From Centroscyllium fabricii (lineage: Eukaryota): DNA of 64,000 nt. The notes beneath the pieces are model-generated. The model had not been told where the DNA came from, ran no database searches, and saw only the letters and a program-made list of their open reading frames with translations. Positions 26,471 to 38,871 of this stretch are shown here, piece by piece. The DNA lies in the NCBI GenBank assembly GCA_051313645.2, contig JBNRSN020000017.1, positions 38,750,001-38,814,000 on the forward strand, written 5' to 3'. Both the position numbers and the translations under genes were made by a program. Within the stretch, counting starts at the first letter, position 1. Each line of letters begins with the position of its first letter.

Positions 26471-28138
26471 TTGCATTATCTGTTGTATGTGTACATTTGA
26501 AGTTTCTATATGCATTAATTGTATATGTACGCATACTGTACATCTGCAGTGAATGTATATTGTGTATATGCAGTGTACTGTGTCCCCGCAGTAGCAGCTG
26601 CATATCTGCAATATATGCGCACCTGTGGTAGACTGTATGCGGGTTCACCTGTGCATAACCCTTGCAATTGGAACACTTAAACAAGAGTAAAATAAAGTTT
26701 GGGAAAATATCGGAAAGAGAAAGGGAAATGTCAGTTTTTATAAACAATTGTAGTACTGTAATATCATGTGCAAAACTTTAGCAGTTGATGCACTTGAAAG
26801 GATTGATTGCTCAACTTTCTGGGAGTTGCAGCCTGTGACATCCTGGCAAACAGTCGGGAATTTGCAGCTGTATCGACCCTGAGCGCAGAAACAAGCCGAG
26901 CCTGACAAGGTCATTTTAATATTCTGCCAAATAAAATGTTATTCTGGAGAGAGCATAAAACCTTAGTGAGGTGGAGACAGCACACAGAGGACAGAATTCG
27001 ACTTCTAAAAGCTTATTTTAGAGATATGCGATCTCAGAGCCATCTGAAGGAGTTGGTGTAAGAGCATTCTGATTGTTACTTGCAGCAGGAGGGAAATGCC
27101 AGCGAATGGATATCAGAAAAGAGACACAAATATCCTCTTTATGATAAAACAAAACACACAACACACCTTCACGTATTTTTATGCATAGTCTCTAACCCAA
27201 TATTTTGCATTTTTTGTCAAAATTAATTATATTTTTTTAATGGAATAACTATAACCAAGCAGTAGTGCAGAACTAAAAGAAAAAAACAGATGAGTGCTGG
27301 AAATCTAACAAAAACACAGTTAATCCGGAGCGGGTTAACGTTTTTTGGGGGAGAATCCGTTCACCAGAACGCTTCAGATGAGAGGTTTTACCCGGACCAT
27401 CAATCCCCCCTTTCTCTTTCAGATACTGACTAACACGCGGTGTATTACCAGCATTTTCTATTTGTGTACAGAATTAAAACTTGCTTTGTTCTAAGTACCA
27501 CTGATGTATGGAGATGTTAGACTGTGCACTAATGGTGTAAGGTGGAGTTCCAGTTATTGTTACAGGAAGCGGCGGTGGGACGCGGCTGTTGGAGAAGCTC
27601 TGGGGCTTTCAGGACTTGTTGGAACGGATCCACCAACACTGACAGTAAACCACGGGCTTTTGACAAACCACCAGGGAAAGATCTGCTGAAATTGAGCACC
27701 AACAGTTTAATTGTGAAATGTTGCCAGTACTTTTAACCTTTTCAATACTGAACTTTTTTTTTAGTTTCGGGAGTGTGGGGGTGCTGGAACGCAACATATT
27801 TTCCACTCTTTTCTAATATTCTAAATTGGAAATTACTTAAAAGTGCACCGACTACCACACAGCAGCGCCTGTTGTACACACACCACACCTTGGATGGAAA
27901 GTAAGTCTTGGATGTGACGAGATGTCTCAGGTTCTGTCATGAAACCGATGCTTGGTGACTGTTCCCAGCACAAACTCATTGTGCACATTACCATGCTCTT
28001 ACCATGTAAATCTTGATGCGAAGACATTCTGGTGACAGATGAAACAGCTGCCGTCAGGTGATAAAAGGTTGGAAAACACCGGTGGCTCAACGCTACCCTG
28101 GAAGAGGGTCAGCTATTACTCAATGGTTGATCAGCCAC

Positions 28139-28745
28139 AATTCAATTCAATTCAATTCAATTCAAGTTTTATTGTCATTGCAGAGTACTAGTACAATACA
28201 ACGAGACGAAGACTCGACTCTCCCGAGAGTAGTGCAAATACATAAATTACATGCAAATTGCATACAGTAAAGTACATTATCAGGCGTGCAGGTACCGGAG
28301 TTTCTTTTTAGAGTTCAGGAGGCTGACAGCCCTGGGGAAGAAGCTGTTCTGAAATCTAGTCGTGCGGGTGCGAATTGCTCTGTAGCGTCTCCCGGAGGGC
28401 AGGGGGGCGAACAGACTGTGGCTGGGGTGTGTGGGGTCTTTAATAATGTTCTGAGACCTCCGTAAGCAGCGTTTGAGGTAGATGCTTTCCATTGACGGTA
28501 GCTGTGTACCGGTAATTCGTTGGGCAGTTTTGACTACCCGCTGCAGGGTTTTCCGGTCCGAGATAGTGCAATCACCATACCAGACAGTGATGCAGCTTGT
28601 CAGTATGCTTTCTATTGTGCAGCGGTAGAAGTTGGAGAGGATGCCGGATGACAGCCTGGCTTTCTTCAGCTTCCTTAGGAAGTACAGGCGCTGTTGGGCC
28701 TTCTTGACCAGAGAGGAGGTGTTTAGTGACCAGGAGAGAATCCCA
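28139..28745 (-). mobile_element. 5'-truncated Rex1/Babar LINE
   Basis: ORF 28280..28888 contains SLVKKAQQRLYFLRKLKK..LSNFYRCTIESILTSCITVWYG..HPSHSLF..SGRRYR..SFFPRA; minus-strand AATAAA plus (TTGAA)n tail at 28139-28172. Confidence 0.85.
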
Positions 28746-30067
28746 CTTTGAACGTCTAGCTTCCAACCAGGGGGAATCTCTTTGTGATCAAAGTGGACTG
28801 CAGGCTGAAAACAATCACTGCCCCTGGATAAACACCAATGCAGCAACCGCAGGGCCAGGACTGGGCTTTGATCTGTTGGAATGGGCAATGTGCGAGTATA
28901 ATGGCGGTGACCTAGCCCTGGCTCCCTGGTGTAATGGGCCGTGGGTTCAGTCCATTAAACATCAGAATCAAGCATTAAATGAACAGATTTACAACAATAA
29001 CCTTTCATTTTTCTCATTTGATTCAATTATTAGTCATTCCTCCCCGTTTATCATGTTCTCTATTTGTCTCTCGCTTCATTCCCCCATTTCCGATGTTCCC
29101 CGCGACGCCAACTCTCGATTCTGTGTTCACTTTCTATCTCCTTGCTTTACTCTGGTTTCCTTTTTTTTCGAACAGAGTTGCAAAAAAAATAGCAGTATGT
29201 ACGAATGGCGGAGGCACCAGGGGGAGCGGCGTGGGTGTCAGTGGGGGCGGCTGGCTTCAGAATGAGATGCCTTTCCGATCTTAAAACTCGACATCATTGA
29301 TTCGGAAAATGGCGTTTCGATTTGAAAGTTGAAGTTTCCTTTGTAACCCACACAGCGTGGACGTGGGCGGAAAGGCTGCTCGATATATTTCCTTGGTTCC
29401 ACCTGTAAATATGATCGTCAGATGTGGTCTTCCAGTCTTACACCAACGTGCGTTGGTTTCTTTCTCCTCCCCCCCCCCCCCCCTTTCACCAATCCATGAG
29501 AGTGAGAAGTACTGACTCAAGGAACAGGAATGTCTCGTCTCTGACTGGCCGAAATAAAGGATGCAACAAGACTTAAGAGTGACTTGGGTGGAGAGGGGTT
29601 CCAAGATTTTCCAGGCTTCACCAGCATGCTGCCCAGAAAGGTTGAGTTCATCAGTAACCATACAGCCAATTAGAGACTGGAAATAATATACCTACAAAAC
29701 AGAGAACATTGGAAAAAATGGTTGGATGTTAAAATCGTTGTAAATGTTCTATAAACAGCACTGGCGACTTCTGTCAATGCTAAGATTGTCATTTCAGAGG
29801 TTTTCACGAAATATTCAAATATAATTGGCACCATATGATTACCTGTGGAAAAGTCAGATAATGTTATATACCCTAGACATTACTCTTATGGACTTCATAG
29901 GCCTAATATAAGGGGAACTTTGCACTTCAAAATCTTGCCATTGTATCATGTTTATATTTGTGCATCTGGAAGAAAACTTAAAAGCAATTAGTGCTATGTA
30001 ATGTTTTATTGAGAATGCCTCATTCTTGCCCAGCAAATAAGGGTAAATATATAAGGATCATTCTGGG

Positions 30068-30386
30068 GGACTGGGGTGGACAATTGTAAGAAGTCTGGCA
30101 GCTACTTTATTTACTTAAAATTTCCCTCTCTTGCGTTCTCTCACTCAACAAACCTAATCAGACATTTGTAAGAAGTCACACAACACCAGGTTATAGGCCA
30201 ACAGTTTTATTTGAAATCTCAAGCTTTCGGAGCGTATCTCCTTCATCGGGTGTGTAAAAGAGATTCATTTAAACACAGCATATATAGAGGGAGCGAGAAG
30301 TGTGACTTCTTACAAATGTCTGATTATGTTTGTTGAGTGAGAGAACGCAAGAGAGGGAAATTTTAAGTAAATAAAATAGCTGCCAG
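30068..30386 (-). mobile_element. Penelope-like fold-back insertion, copy C (rearranged, with inverted host flank)
   Basis: Tail fragment 30068-30095, arm 30161-30300 with mutated hammerhead core (CCGAUGA), 86-bp inverted repeat 30095-30180 / 30301-30386. Confidence 0.8.
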
Positions 30387-30887
30387 GCACACAGTATCCA
30401 TGTGAAAAGTAAAGTTATTGGTTTCACAGTGGGAAAGTGAAAGGACCTTGTCTGTTGATGACACTATGCAGGATACACAGATACAGATGCTCTATTCTGA
30501 ACTACATGGCATATTTGAAGATTTTAAATGATTTTTTTTTGCATGGGGTCAATAAATAAATCCTGCATCTCCTTGGTATGATCAGTCTTGAAATTGAAGT
30601 GTCCTGTTAACATTAAAATAATGCTTCTTTCAAAAGTACTGGTGGAGCAGCTTAAGCATCTGAGAACTTGCTTCTCCCATTTCTTTCTTAATATTTTAAT
30701 ATTTAAAATATGACAATTTAGATGATGAACTGATTTGACTAGAATGGAGAATTACTTAAATGTGACCCATGTCTGAAGGACTGTGTACCTGAAGGTTAAA
30801 GATGGTGACTATTAGGTAGGTAAATACATTGCTGTCACTGGAACTCAATTACTGGGTCTACTTTAAATACAAAGCATTTTGGAAATC

Positions 30888-31860
30888 CATAGACACAGAA
30901 GATAGGAGCAGGAGTAGACCATTCGGCTCCTTGAGCCTGCTCTGCCATGCAATGAGATTATGGCTGATCATCCAAATTCAGTACCCTGTCCCTGCCTTCT
31001 CCCCATATCCCTTGATCCCTTTAGCCTTAAGAAATATATCCAACTCCTTCTTGAATATATTTAATGAATTGGCCACAACTGCCTTCTAAATTGAGTATTC
31101 AACAGGTTCACCACTCTCTGGGTGAAGAAATTCCTCCTCAGCTCTGTCTTAAATGGCTTACCCCTTATCCTTAGACTGCGACCTTTGGTTCTTGACTCCC
31201 CAACCATCGGGAACATCCTTCCTGCATCTAGTCTGTCTAGTCCTGTTAGAATTTTATAAGTTTCAATGAGATCCCCTCTCATTCTTCTAAATTCCAGCGA
31301 GCATAAGCCCAATCGACCCAATCTCTCCTCATACATTATTCCTGCCATCCCAGGTATCAGTCTGGTGAATCTTCACTGCACTCCCTTCATGGCAAGAACA
31401 TCCTTCCTCAGATAAGGCGACCAAAACTGCACACAATAATCAAGGTGTGGATTCACCAAGACCCTATACAACTGCAGCAAGACATCCTTGTTCCTGTACT
31501 CAAATCCTCTCGCTATGAAGGCCAACATAGCATTGGATTCTTAACCGCCTGCTGCACCTGCATGCTTACCTTCAGCGATTGGTGCACAAGGACACCCAGG
31601 TCTCATTGTGCTTCCCCTTCTCCCAATCTATTACCATTCAGATAATAATCTGCCTTCCTGTTTTTGCCACCAAAGTGGACGACCTCACATTTATCCACAT
31701 TATACTGCATCTGCCATGAATCTGCCCAATCACCCAACCTGTCCAAATCGTACTGGAGTTTCTCAGCATCCTCCTCACAGCACACACGCCCACCCAGCTT
31801 TGTGTCATCTGCAAACGTGGAGTTATTACATCTAGTTCCCTCATCTAGATCAGTAATATA
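30888..31860 (-). mobile_element. 5'-truncated CR1 LINE
   Basis: RT C-terminal motifs FADDTKLGG, QMQYNVDKCEVVHFG, RRMRGDLIETYKIL, RRNFFTQRVVNL; CR1 3' tail at left; frameshifted. Confidence 0.92.
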
Positions 31861-32614
31861 CACATGTATTGTGAATAGTATAGGGGCTGAATACTGAAGA
31901 TCAATTGAAACCTAATATGGTAACATAACTGTTCTAATAAAAGAGCAAACAGATGCTATGCCATGACCAGAGGTGAGGTATAATAAATATCTTCAATTTC
32001 TGTTGAAGAGGTTGGCTCTAATGCTTGATAAGATTGGATTTGGTTAATGGGTTTTCTAGTCATCATGAACGAGGATATTTATTGCACCATACTGTTAATT
32101 ACTTGCTTCAATGTTTTGATTAAAATATAATATTCACTGTTGTTTTACCCAAGAAAATCATAGGAAACGGTCCAGAAACATTTGTCATCACAGTAATGTT
32201 ATACTGGAGTAAGTCTGATAACAGGGAAATTTCTTCAGTCCATGTGTACTAGAATAATTCCATGAGTATGAATCATGATTGGCCAGCATCCAGGATGCAA
32301 GTGAATTCTGAAGTCGTTCTCAAAAGTTAACTAAACCCAGAATTACAGCATACATAAAACAACTTAACATCATTAGTTTTTGAAAGCTATTGATAGAATT
32401 GTCAACATATCAATAAATAAATTGCATCAAACTCTTTTATCTAAACCTGAAAGATTGAAGTGACCTGCTTTTTGGAGATGAGCCAATAGATTTTAAATCA
32501 ATGATGTTTTAATGCTAAAGTAATTATCGACAGAATATAAAATCAAAGACCTTATCTGATACACTGCAAGAGCTAAATAAAATTGACATTACATTGGATT
32601 GGAAGCAGAGCAAG

Positions 32615-33555
32615 AAAGAAAGATTTTCATTTACATAACACCTTATCACCTCACTCAGAAATATATCAAAAAGCTTAACAACTGTTGTTATGTACGTGAA
32701 CATGACAGCCATATTGGGGACACAACAATGTGATGAATGACCAGTTCACCTGTTTTTGGTGCCATTGCTTAAGGGAAGAACACCAGGAGGGCCCCCAGTT
32801 CTTAAAATTGTGCCAGGTGATCTTCAGCATCCATTTGAGCCACTGGAACGGGTAGATCGGGTGTCAGTTTAAAATCGCATCTGAGGAATGATCTCTTCAA
32901 TAGTAGAGTACTCACTCAGTTTTGTACTGGAGTTTCAACCGAGCTTATGAGCTGAAGTCCTGGAGCACAACACCTTCTGACTCAGATGGGAATGCTACTG
33001 TCAGGATTCCAGCCACTCGTTCCTCTGCCAGCCACCAGAGGGCGGTTTAGGATGCCTCTACCATGCTGCCAAATCTCAGTGATTCTCCTCACCTGTGTCT
33101 CATTCAAGTAATTATCTCACTAAAGTAATCAAGCCTGGTATTTAAGCCAACTATTTCTAGTCCCAGGCACTCGGTCTTGCGGTCTTGTGTCTGCAAGTCA
33201 CAGAGTTGTGTATGTCCTGTTGTTTCTTGGAATCGTTACTTGATCTGTTGTATGAAGAGCCTTCGAGTAAAGTATCTCCTGAGTTCTACTGCATCTTATG
33301 TCTCTGGCTGTTTGTTCTGCACCTGGGTCCACTACCACACCTGTCACATCAAGACCGAGTGCCTGGTACTAGAAATAGTTGGCTTAAATACCAGGCCTGA
33401 TTACTTTAATGAGATAATTACTTGCATGAGACACAGGTGAGGAGAGTCGCTGAGATTTGGCAGCATGGTACAATGGCATCCTAAACCGCCCTCTGGTGGC
33501 TGGCAGAGGAACGAGTGGATGGAATCCTGACAGCTACAAGTGAGTCAAGCTATTG
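32615..33555 (-). mobile_element. Deu-domain SINE interrupted by the 32999-33532 element
   Basis: Colinear with 35058-35390; reverse tRNA head ..CACCTTCTGACTCAGATGGGAATGCTAC / AAGTGAGTCAAGC split at the insertion. Confidence 0.6.
32999..33532. mobile_element. LTR-like element with ~180-bp terminal inverted repeats, TG..CA ends and 5-bp TSD
   Basis: Arms 32999-33179 and 33350-33532 are near-exact reverse complements; TSD GCTAC at 32994-32998 and 33533-33537. Confidence 0.88.
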
Positions 33556-34044
33556 CTTAAATATTAAGTGAAATTAATGAGCATGATTTAGAAACTAGAC
33601 GAGCCCATTTCATGAAATACAAGAGATGGCTTTGTCCCAGCGAAACTTAGGCTTGAATGTCAAGGTGATAGTGGAAAGCTAGCCAACTGCACAGTGAGTT
33701 GTCGGCCAATAATTTCGCAGGGTCAGCTTTTTTGCACAGATACTCAGAGCTGGCTGTGCAGCTTTGGCCTTGTGAGGGAGCTGGTTCAATGGGAGTAGCA
33801 CAAAATCACGCTTTAGCTGATATTTAAAGGAATGGAGAAGCAGTGAGAGAGTTATCTCCAGTCTTTTTATTTTTTAGTGGCCATGTAGGGTAGCAAAAAT
33901 TCTTAAAACCTTTATAAAGGCTAAAAAAGTATATTGCAACTCTTTGAAGACTTTGCCAAAGTTGAAGAGGGAAAGGGGGAAAGAATGGCCAAATAAAAAT
34001 TGAAGCAAATGCAAACCTGATGTGGAGGTACAAAGCAGAATCTG

Positions 34045-34307
34045 AGATGAGGAGAAACTTCTTCACTCAGAGGGTAGTAAATCTATGGAATTTGCTACCT
34101 CAGAGAGCTGTGGAAGCTGGGACATTAAATAAATTTAAAACAGAAATAGACAGTTTCCTAGCTGATATGGGAATAAGGGGCTACGGGGAGCGGGCAGGGA
34201 AGTAGACGTGAGTCTAAGTTCGGATCAGCCATGATCCTATTGAATGGCGGAGCAGGCCTGAGGGGCTCTATGGCCTATTCCTGCTCCTACTTCTTATGTT
34301 CTTATGT
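34045..34307 (+). mobile_element. Short 3' fragment of CR1 LINE
   Basis: EMRRNFFTQRVVNLWNLLP motif, (TTCTTATG)n tail, TSD AATCTG at 34039-34044 and 34308-34313. Confidence 0.88.
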
Positions 34308-34511
34308 AATCTGCAGGCAAGTGATGAAGTGCAGCACCTTATTCTATGGAGGTGCTTCTTCTTGAGGTGAATGCGAGGAAGGATGACCTGTCTAGCACGC
34401 CAGGGTACTCTCCTCAGAGGACATGATGTGGAGGTGCCGGTGTTGGACTGGGGTGGACAATTGTAAGAAGTCACACAACACCAGGTTATAGTCCAACAGT
34501 TTTATTTGAAA

Positions 34512-34548
34512 TCACAAGCTTTCGGAGCGCAGCTCCTTCCTCAGGTGA
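34512..34548 (-). ncRNA. Minimal hammerhead ribozyme motif (copy D, left arm)
   Basis: UCAC-CUGAGGA-AGGAGC UGC GCUCC-GAAA-GCUU-GUGA. Confidence 0.75.
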
Positions 34549-34695
34549 AGTGAAGGGATTCATTTAAACACAGCATATATATATAGAGGGAGAGAACAAT
34601 GTAGTCTCTCCAACTGTTCAAGAGACAGTTGGAGAGACTACATTGTTCTCTCCCTCTCTATATATATTGCTGTGTTTAAATGAATCTCTTCACTA

Positions 34696-34730
34696 CACCT
34701 GATGAAGGAGCTGCGCTCCGAAAGCTTGTG
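34696..34730 (+). ncRNA. Minimal hammerhead ribozyme motif (copy D, right arm)
   Basis: CAC-CUGAUGA-AGGAGC UGC GCUCC-GAAA-GCUU-GUG. Confidence 0.8.
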
Positions 34731-35057
34731 ATTTCAAATAAAACTGTTGGACTATAACCTGGTGTTGTGTGACTTCTTACAATTGTCCTCAGAGGACAGC
34801 AGTGCAGGAAGTGGTGGTCAGTATCAATGTTGTGTATATTACCTGTACACTACCTGCAGGACCTGGGAACAGATCAAGAAGAAGATGACACATTTTAGAA
34901 ATCTGGCAATGAAATGTAATCTCAACAGTACCATAGCTGGTCCAAGATTACTTGCCACAAAGTGTTGCCTGTCAACCTGTTTCATACCAGACCCTCTCAA
35001 AAATTTACAGGTCTCACATTGCATCTAATGCATACCGATACCACAACATAAAGAAAG

Positions 35058-35390
35058 AAGAAAGGACTTGCATTTATACAATGACTTTCACGACAACAGG
35101 GCCTAAAACATTTTACAGCCAATTAATTACTTTTTGAAGCGCAGTCACAGTTATAATGGAAGAAATGTGGCAGCCAATTTGCAAACAGCAAGGTCCCACA
35201 AACAGCAATGTAATAATTGACCAAATCACCTGTTTTTATGTGTTGGCTGAGAGATAACTGTTGGCCAGGACACCAAGAGAACTCCCCTGCTCCTCTTTGA
35301 ATAGTGCCGTGGGATCTTTTATGTTCACTTGAGGGGGCAGATGGGGCCTTGGTTTACTGTCTAATCTGAAAGACAACATGGTACACATTC
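35058..35390 (-). mobile_element. Deu-domain SINE (SacSINE1/AmnSINE1-like)
   Basis: GAATAGTGCCGTGGGATCTTTTATGTTCACTTGAGGGGGCAGATGGGGCCTTGGTTT..CTGAAAGAC resembles the reverse Deu core as recalled; L2-type tail CTTGCATTTATA at left. Confidence 0.65.
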
Positions 35391-35888
35391 AAGATACAAT
35401 ATACAATTGACATATTCCAAGGGGGAGAATTTCTGTGGCGTTCTCCTGATCCCCCAATATAACTTTGGCAGATCGGTGGAAATCCTAGAGAAACAGTGTG
35501 AATTGCCATTTCCAGCATTTCCCCAGGAGTTCCACTAATCTGGTACATGTAGATTGGGAGAACACACACAGAAATTCCAGGCACACACCTCAATTCATTG
35601 TAATACAACATGGCTTCATGATGCATGGTCACTTACTGATGCAAGTTGGGCACATATCTGTCACAATGTGTCTTAAGACTACGTTTGCTTTTACAACAGG
35701 TTAAAAAAAATTATAATATCATGAGCTATGGAACAGATTTATTGAATTCAGTTTCACAAGTTTGCCAGGGTGCGATTATGAACTCATGATCTACTTGGTT
35801 GCTAGTCCAGTACTATAACCACTACACTACCATAATTCAAGAGCATGATTCCTCCCTGGAAAAAGAAGTATAGGTTGGTGAAGGCACA

Positions 35889-37300
35889 ACTAGAGGACTA
35901 GAATACATAGAACATAGAACATAGAATATACAGCACTGTACAGGCCCTTGGGCCCTCAATGTAGTGCTGCACTTAGTCCGTCTCTGATTTTTCCTGTCCC
36001 CCCTACTCTTCCCTCCCCTCCATGTACCTATCTATCATCCTTTTAAAAGCTCCCAGACTGTCCGCATCCACTATTTCAGATGGTAGCCTATTCCACTCCC
36101 CGACCACTCTCTGTGTAAAAAACTTGCCCCTGCCATCCCTTCTGAATCTTCCTCCTTGAATCTTGTGTTCGTGCCCTCTTGTTGTCATTCTTCCCACCCG
36201 GGGAAACAGTCTCTGCACGTTTACTTTATCGATCCCCTTCATCATCTTAAACATCTCTATTAAGTCCCCCCTCTTCCTTCTCCGCTCCAAGGAGAAGAGT
36301 CCCAGCTCCCTCAACCTCTCCTCGTATGACTTTCCCCCCATTCCCGGCAGCATCCTGGTGAATCTCCTCTGTACCCTCTCCAACGCCGCCACATCCCTCC
36401 TGTAGTACGGTGCCCAGAACTGCACACAGTACTCCAAGTGTGGTCTCACCAGTGACCTGTACAGCTGTAGCATGACCTCCCGGTTCTTCAACTCTATTCC
36501 CCTGTTGATGAAGGCCAATACACCATAGGCCTTTTTTACTGCCTTATCCACCTGGGTGGCAGCCTTCAATGATCTGTGTACATATACTCCCAGATCCCTT
36601 TGCTCCTCTGCTTCACTCAGGACCCTGCCGTTGACCCTATATTCCCTATTCCTATTTGCCCTACCGAAGTGTATCACCTCGCATTTCCCCGTGTTGAACT
36701 CCATTTGCCATTCTTCAGCCCAGCTCTGCATCCTACCTTTATACAAGCGGGTCAAAGTTATGCTACAGCTATACAAAGCCCTGGTTATACCACACCTGGA
36801 GTATTGTGTTCAGTTCTGGGCACCACATCTTAGGAAGCATATATTGGTCGTGGAGCGAGTGCAGCATAGATTTACCAGAACTATACCTGGACTCCAAGGG
36901 TTAAATTACGAGGAGAGATTACACAAACTAGGATTGTATTCCTTGGTGATTTGATCGAAGTTTTCAAGATATTAAGGGGAACTGATAGGGTAGATAGAGA
37001 TAAACTATTTCCACTGGTTCGGGAGTCTAGGACTAAGGGACATAGCCAAAACGGTAGAGGCTGGCCTTTCAGGAGTGAGGTTAAGAAACAGTTTTACATG
37101 CAAAAGAAGTTTGGAACTCCCTTTCGCAAATGGCAATTATTAATTTTAGATCTGAGATTGATAGATTTTTGTTAACCAAAGGTATTAAAGGACCTGGGGC
37201 AAAGACAGGTATATGGAGTTAGGTCACCGATCAGCCACGATCTCATTGAATGGCGGAACAGGCTTGAGGGGCTAAATGGCCTCTTCCTATGTTCCTATTT
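35889..37300 (+). mobile_element. Older CR1 3' fragment, interrupted by an antisense CR1
   Basis: RGLEY (35892-35906) resumes as YKRVKVMLQLYKALVIPHLEYCVQFW at ~36741; 3' tail at ~37230-37300. Confidence 0.8.
35907..36735 (-). mobile_element. Younger CR1 LINE 3' portion with open RT C-terminus
   Basis: ORF 36003..36776 (WQMEFNTGKCEVIHFG..RPHLEYCVQFWAP..GDLIEMFK); (CATAGAA)n tail at ~35906-35927. Confidence 0.92.
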
Positions 37301-38412
37301 CTTCTGACATGCCCAGATAGTACTGGTGGGCCCTATAGGCTGGAATGCTTGGCTAATGGTGGGTGTGTGCAGGCTGTCTTAAATGTTGGTGGTCCCCTCT
37401 CTGATCATTCCTCTGCAGATCCTAAAGCTCCCTTATAGCAAGCAAAATTCCCAGAGGAATGTCCATTTTAGAGTGCTTAAGGTGCGTTTTAAGCTTTCTG
37501 AAATGCTATGATTTCAAAATCCTGAAGAACTAAAAAAAAAGCAAGAAATGAGTCTAAAAAAATCCAAAAGAATGAACAAATTCACCCAACAAAATGCAAA
37601 AAAAAAAGTTTAAAAAAAGCAAATAAATGAGAAAAAATCCTGAACCAGCACCAGACAGCTTTAAAAATGAAAAAACTCAAAGGACCTTTTACTGCAAACA
37701 TTTCCACTGAAAACAGAAAACCGCAGGCCAGCTGAAGTTAAATAATTTTGGAAATCTTAATGAAACACTTGTGTACTATCAGCGAGAGCTGGCTGTGATC
37801 TCAAAGCTGTCCGACTGTGAAATGCTGGGCTGTGCAACCCAGGCACAGATTTGGCACATAGCCTACTCCTGAGATTTTCAGACCGCCACCTACACACAAA
37901 TGTGCAACCAGTACATCTCATCGTAAAGTTTCTCCGACGAATCTCCTGCTGTGCACATTATGATTTTCTTTTCCAAACCAATAGCACATCTGTTGCTCGA
38001 CTGAACGGCAGCTGTTTTTTTCCTTTTTGTGTTACTTGCTCACCATCCCTGGATAGGTTTGGCTGCACCAAACGCCACCAACTGAAACCAGCCACCGGAA
38101 GGTGAATGTCAGCAGCTTCGGGGGACTCTCACTATGAGGTGTGTGGCACGTGGTAGAGGTTGGATGCGTGTGGAAGATCACGAGTGTCGGTGAATGTCCT
38201 ACCACTCCAGCAGACAGTGTGCCAAGATTCGAGTGCATTTAGCCACTGCATGGCCACAATTCAGGAAACTTTCAGAGACTGACCAAAACCACACTAACAA
38301 AAGACAGATGTTTAATGAAATACACCATGGTCATTGTACTGGGATATCAAACAGCAAGCCATAGATTTCCTAATGAAGGTTAAACAACCCTAATTTAGCA
38401 AGTGATATTTAT

Positions 38413-38730
38413 GGGTGGCACGGTGGCATAGTGGTTAGCACTGTTGCCTCACAGCGCTAGGGGCCCGGGTTCAAATCCGGCCTCGGGTGACTATCTGTGT
38501 GGAGTTTGCACATTCTCCCCGTGTCTGCGTGGGTTTCCTCCGGGTGCTCCGGTTTCCTCCCGCAGTCCAAAGATGTGCGGGTTAGGTTGATTGGCCAGGA
38601 TAAATTGACCCTTAGTGTTAGGGAGATTGAATATGTGGGGTTACAGGGATAGGGTGGGATATGTGTCGGTGCGGGCTCAATGGGCCGAAATGGCCTCTAA
38701 CTGCACTGTAGGGATTCTATGATTCTATGA
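38413..38730 (+). mobile_element. V-SINE (HE1-like) with the short (ATTCTATG)n tail
   Basis: A/B boxes, V-domain, tail GGGCCGAAATGGCCTCTAACTGCACTGTAGGGATTCTATGATTCTATG. Confidence 0.88.
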
Positions 38731-38871
38731 ACTGTACATTTTAATTTCTGTGTACAGTTTAGAGAGTTCTAGCTAGCATTGTCTAGAATAGAGTTTTGCA
38801 GGCAGGAAAAAAGTTCTGCAAAGCTTTGAAGTAATGATTGTTCAACCTCACAGATCAACTCTCAGAGGAGT

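Larger units (their letters stand above)
34424..34785 (-). mobile_element. Penelope-like fold-back insertion, copy D (~163-bp hairpin arms)
   Basis: Arms 34455-34617 and 34625-34788 with 7-nt loop; 13-bp TSD TCCTCAGAGGACA at 34411-34423 and 34786-34798. Confidence 0.9.
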
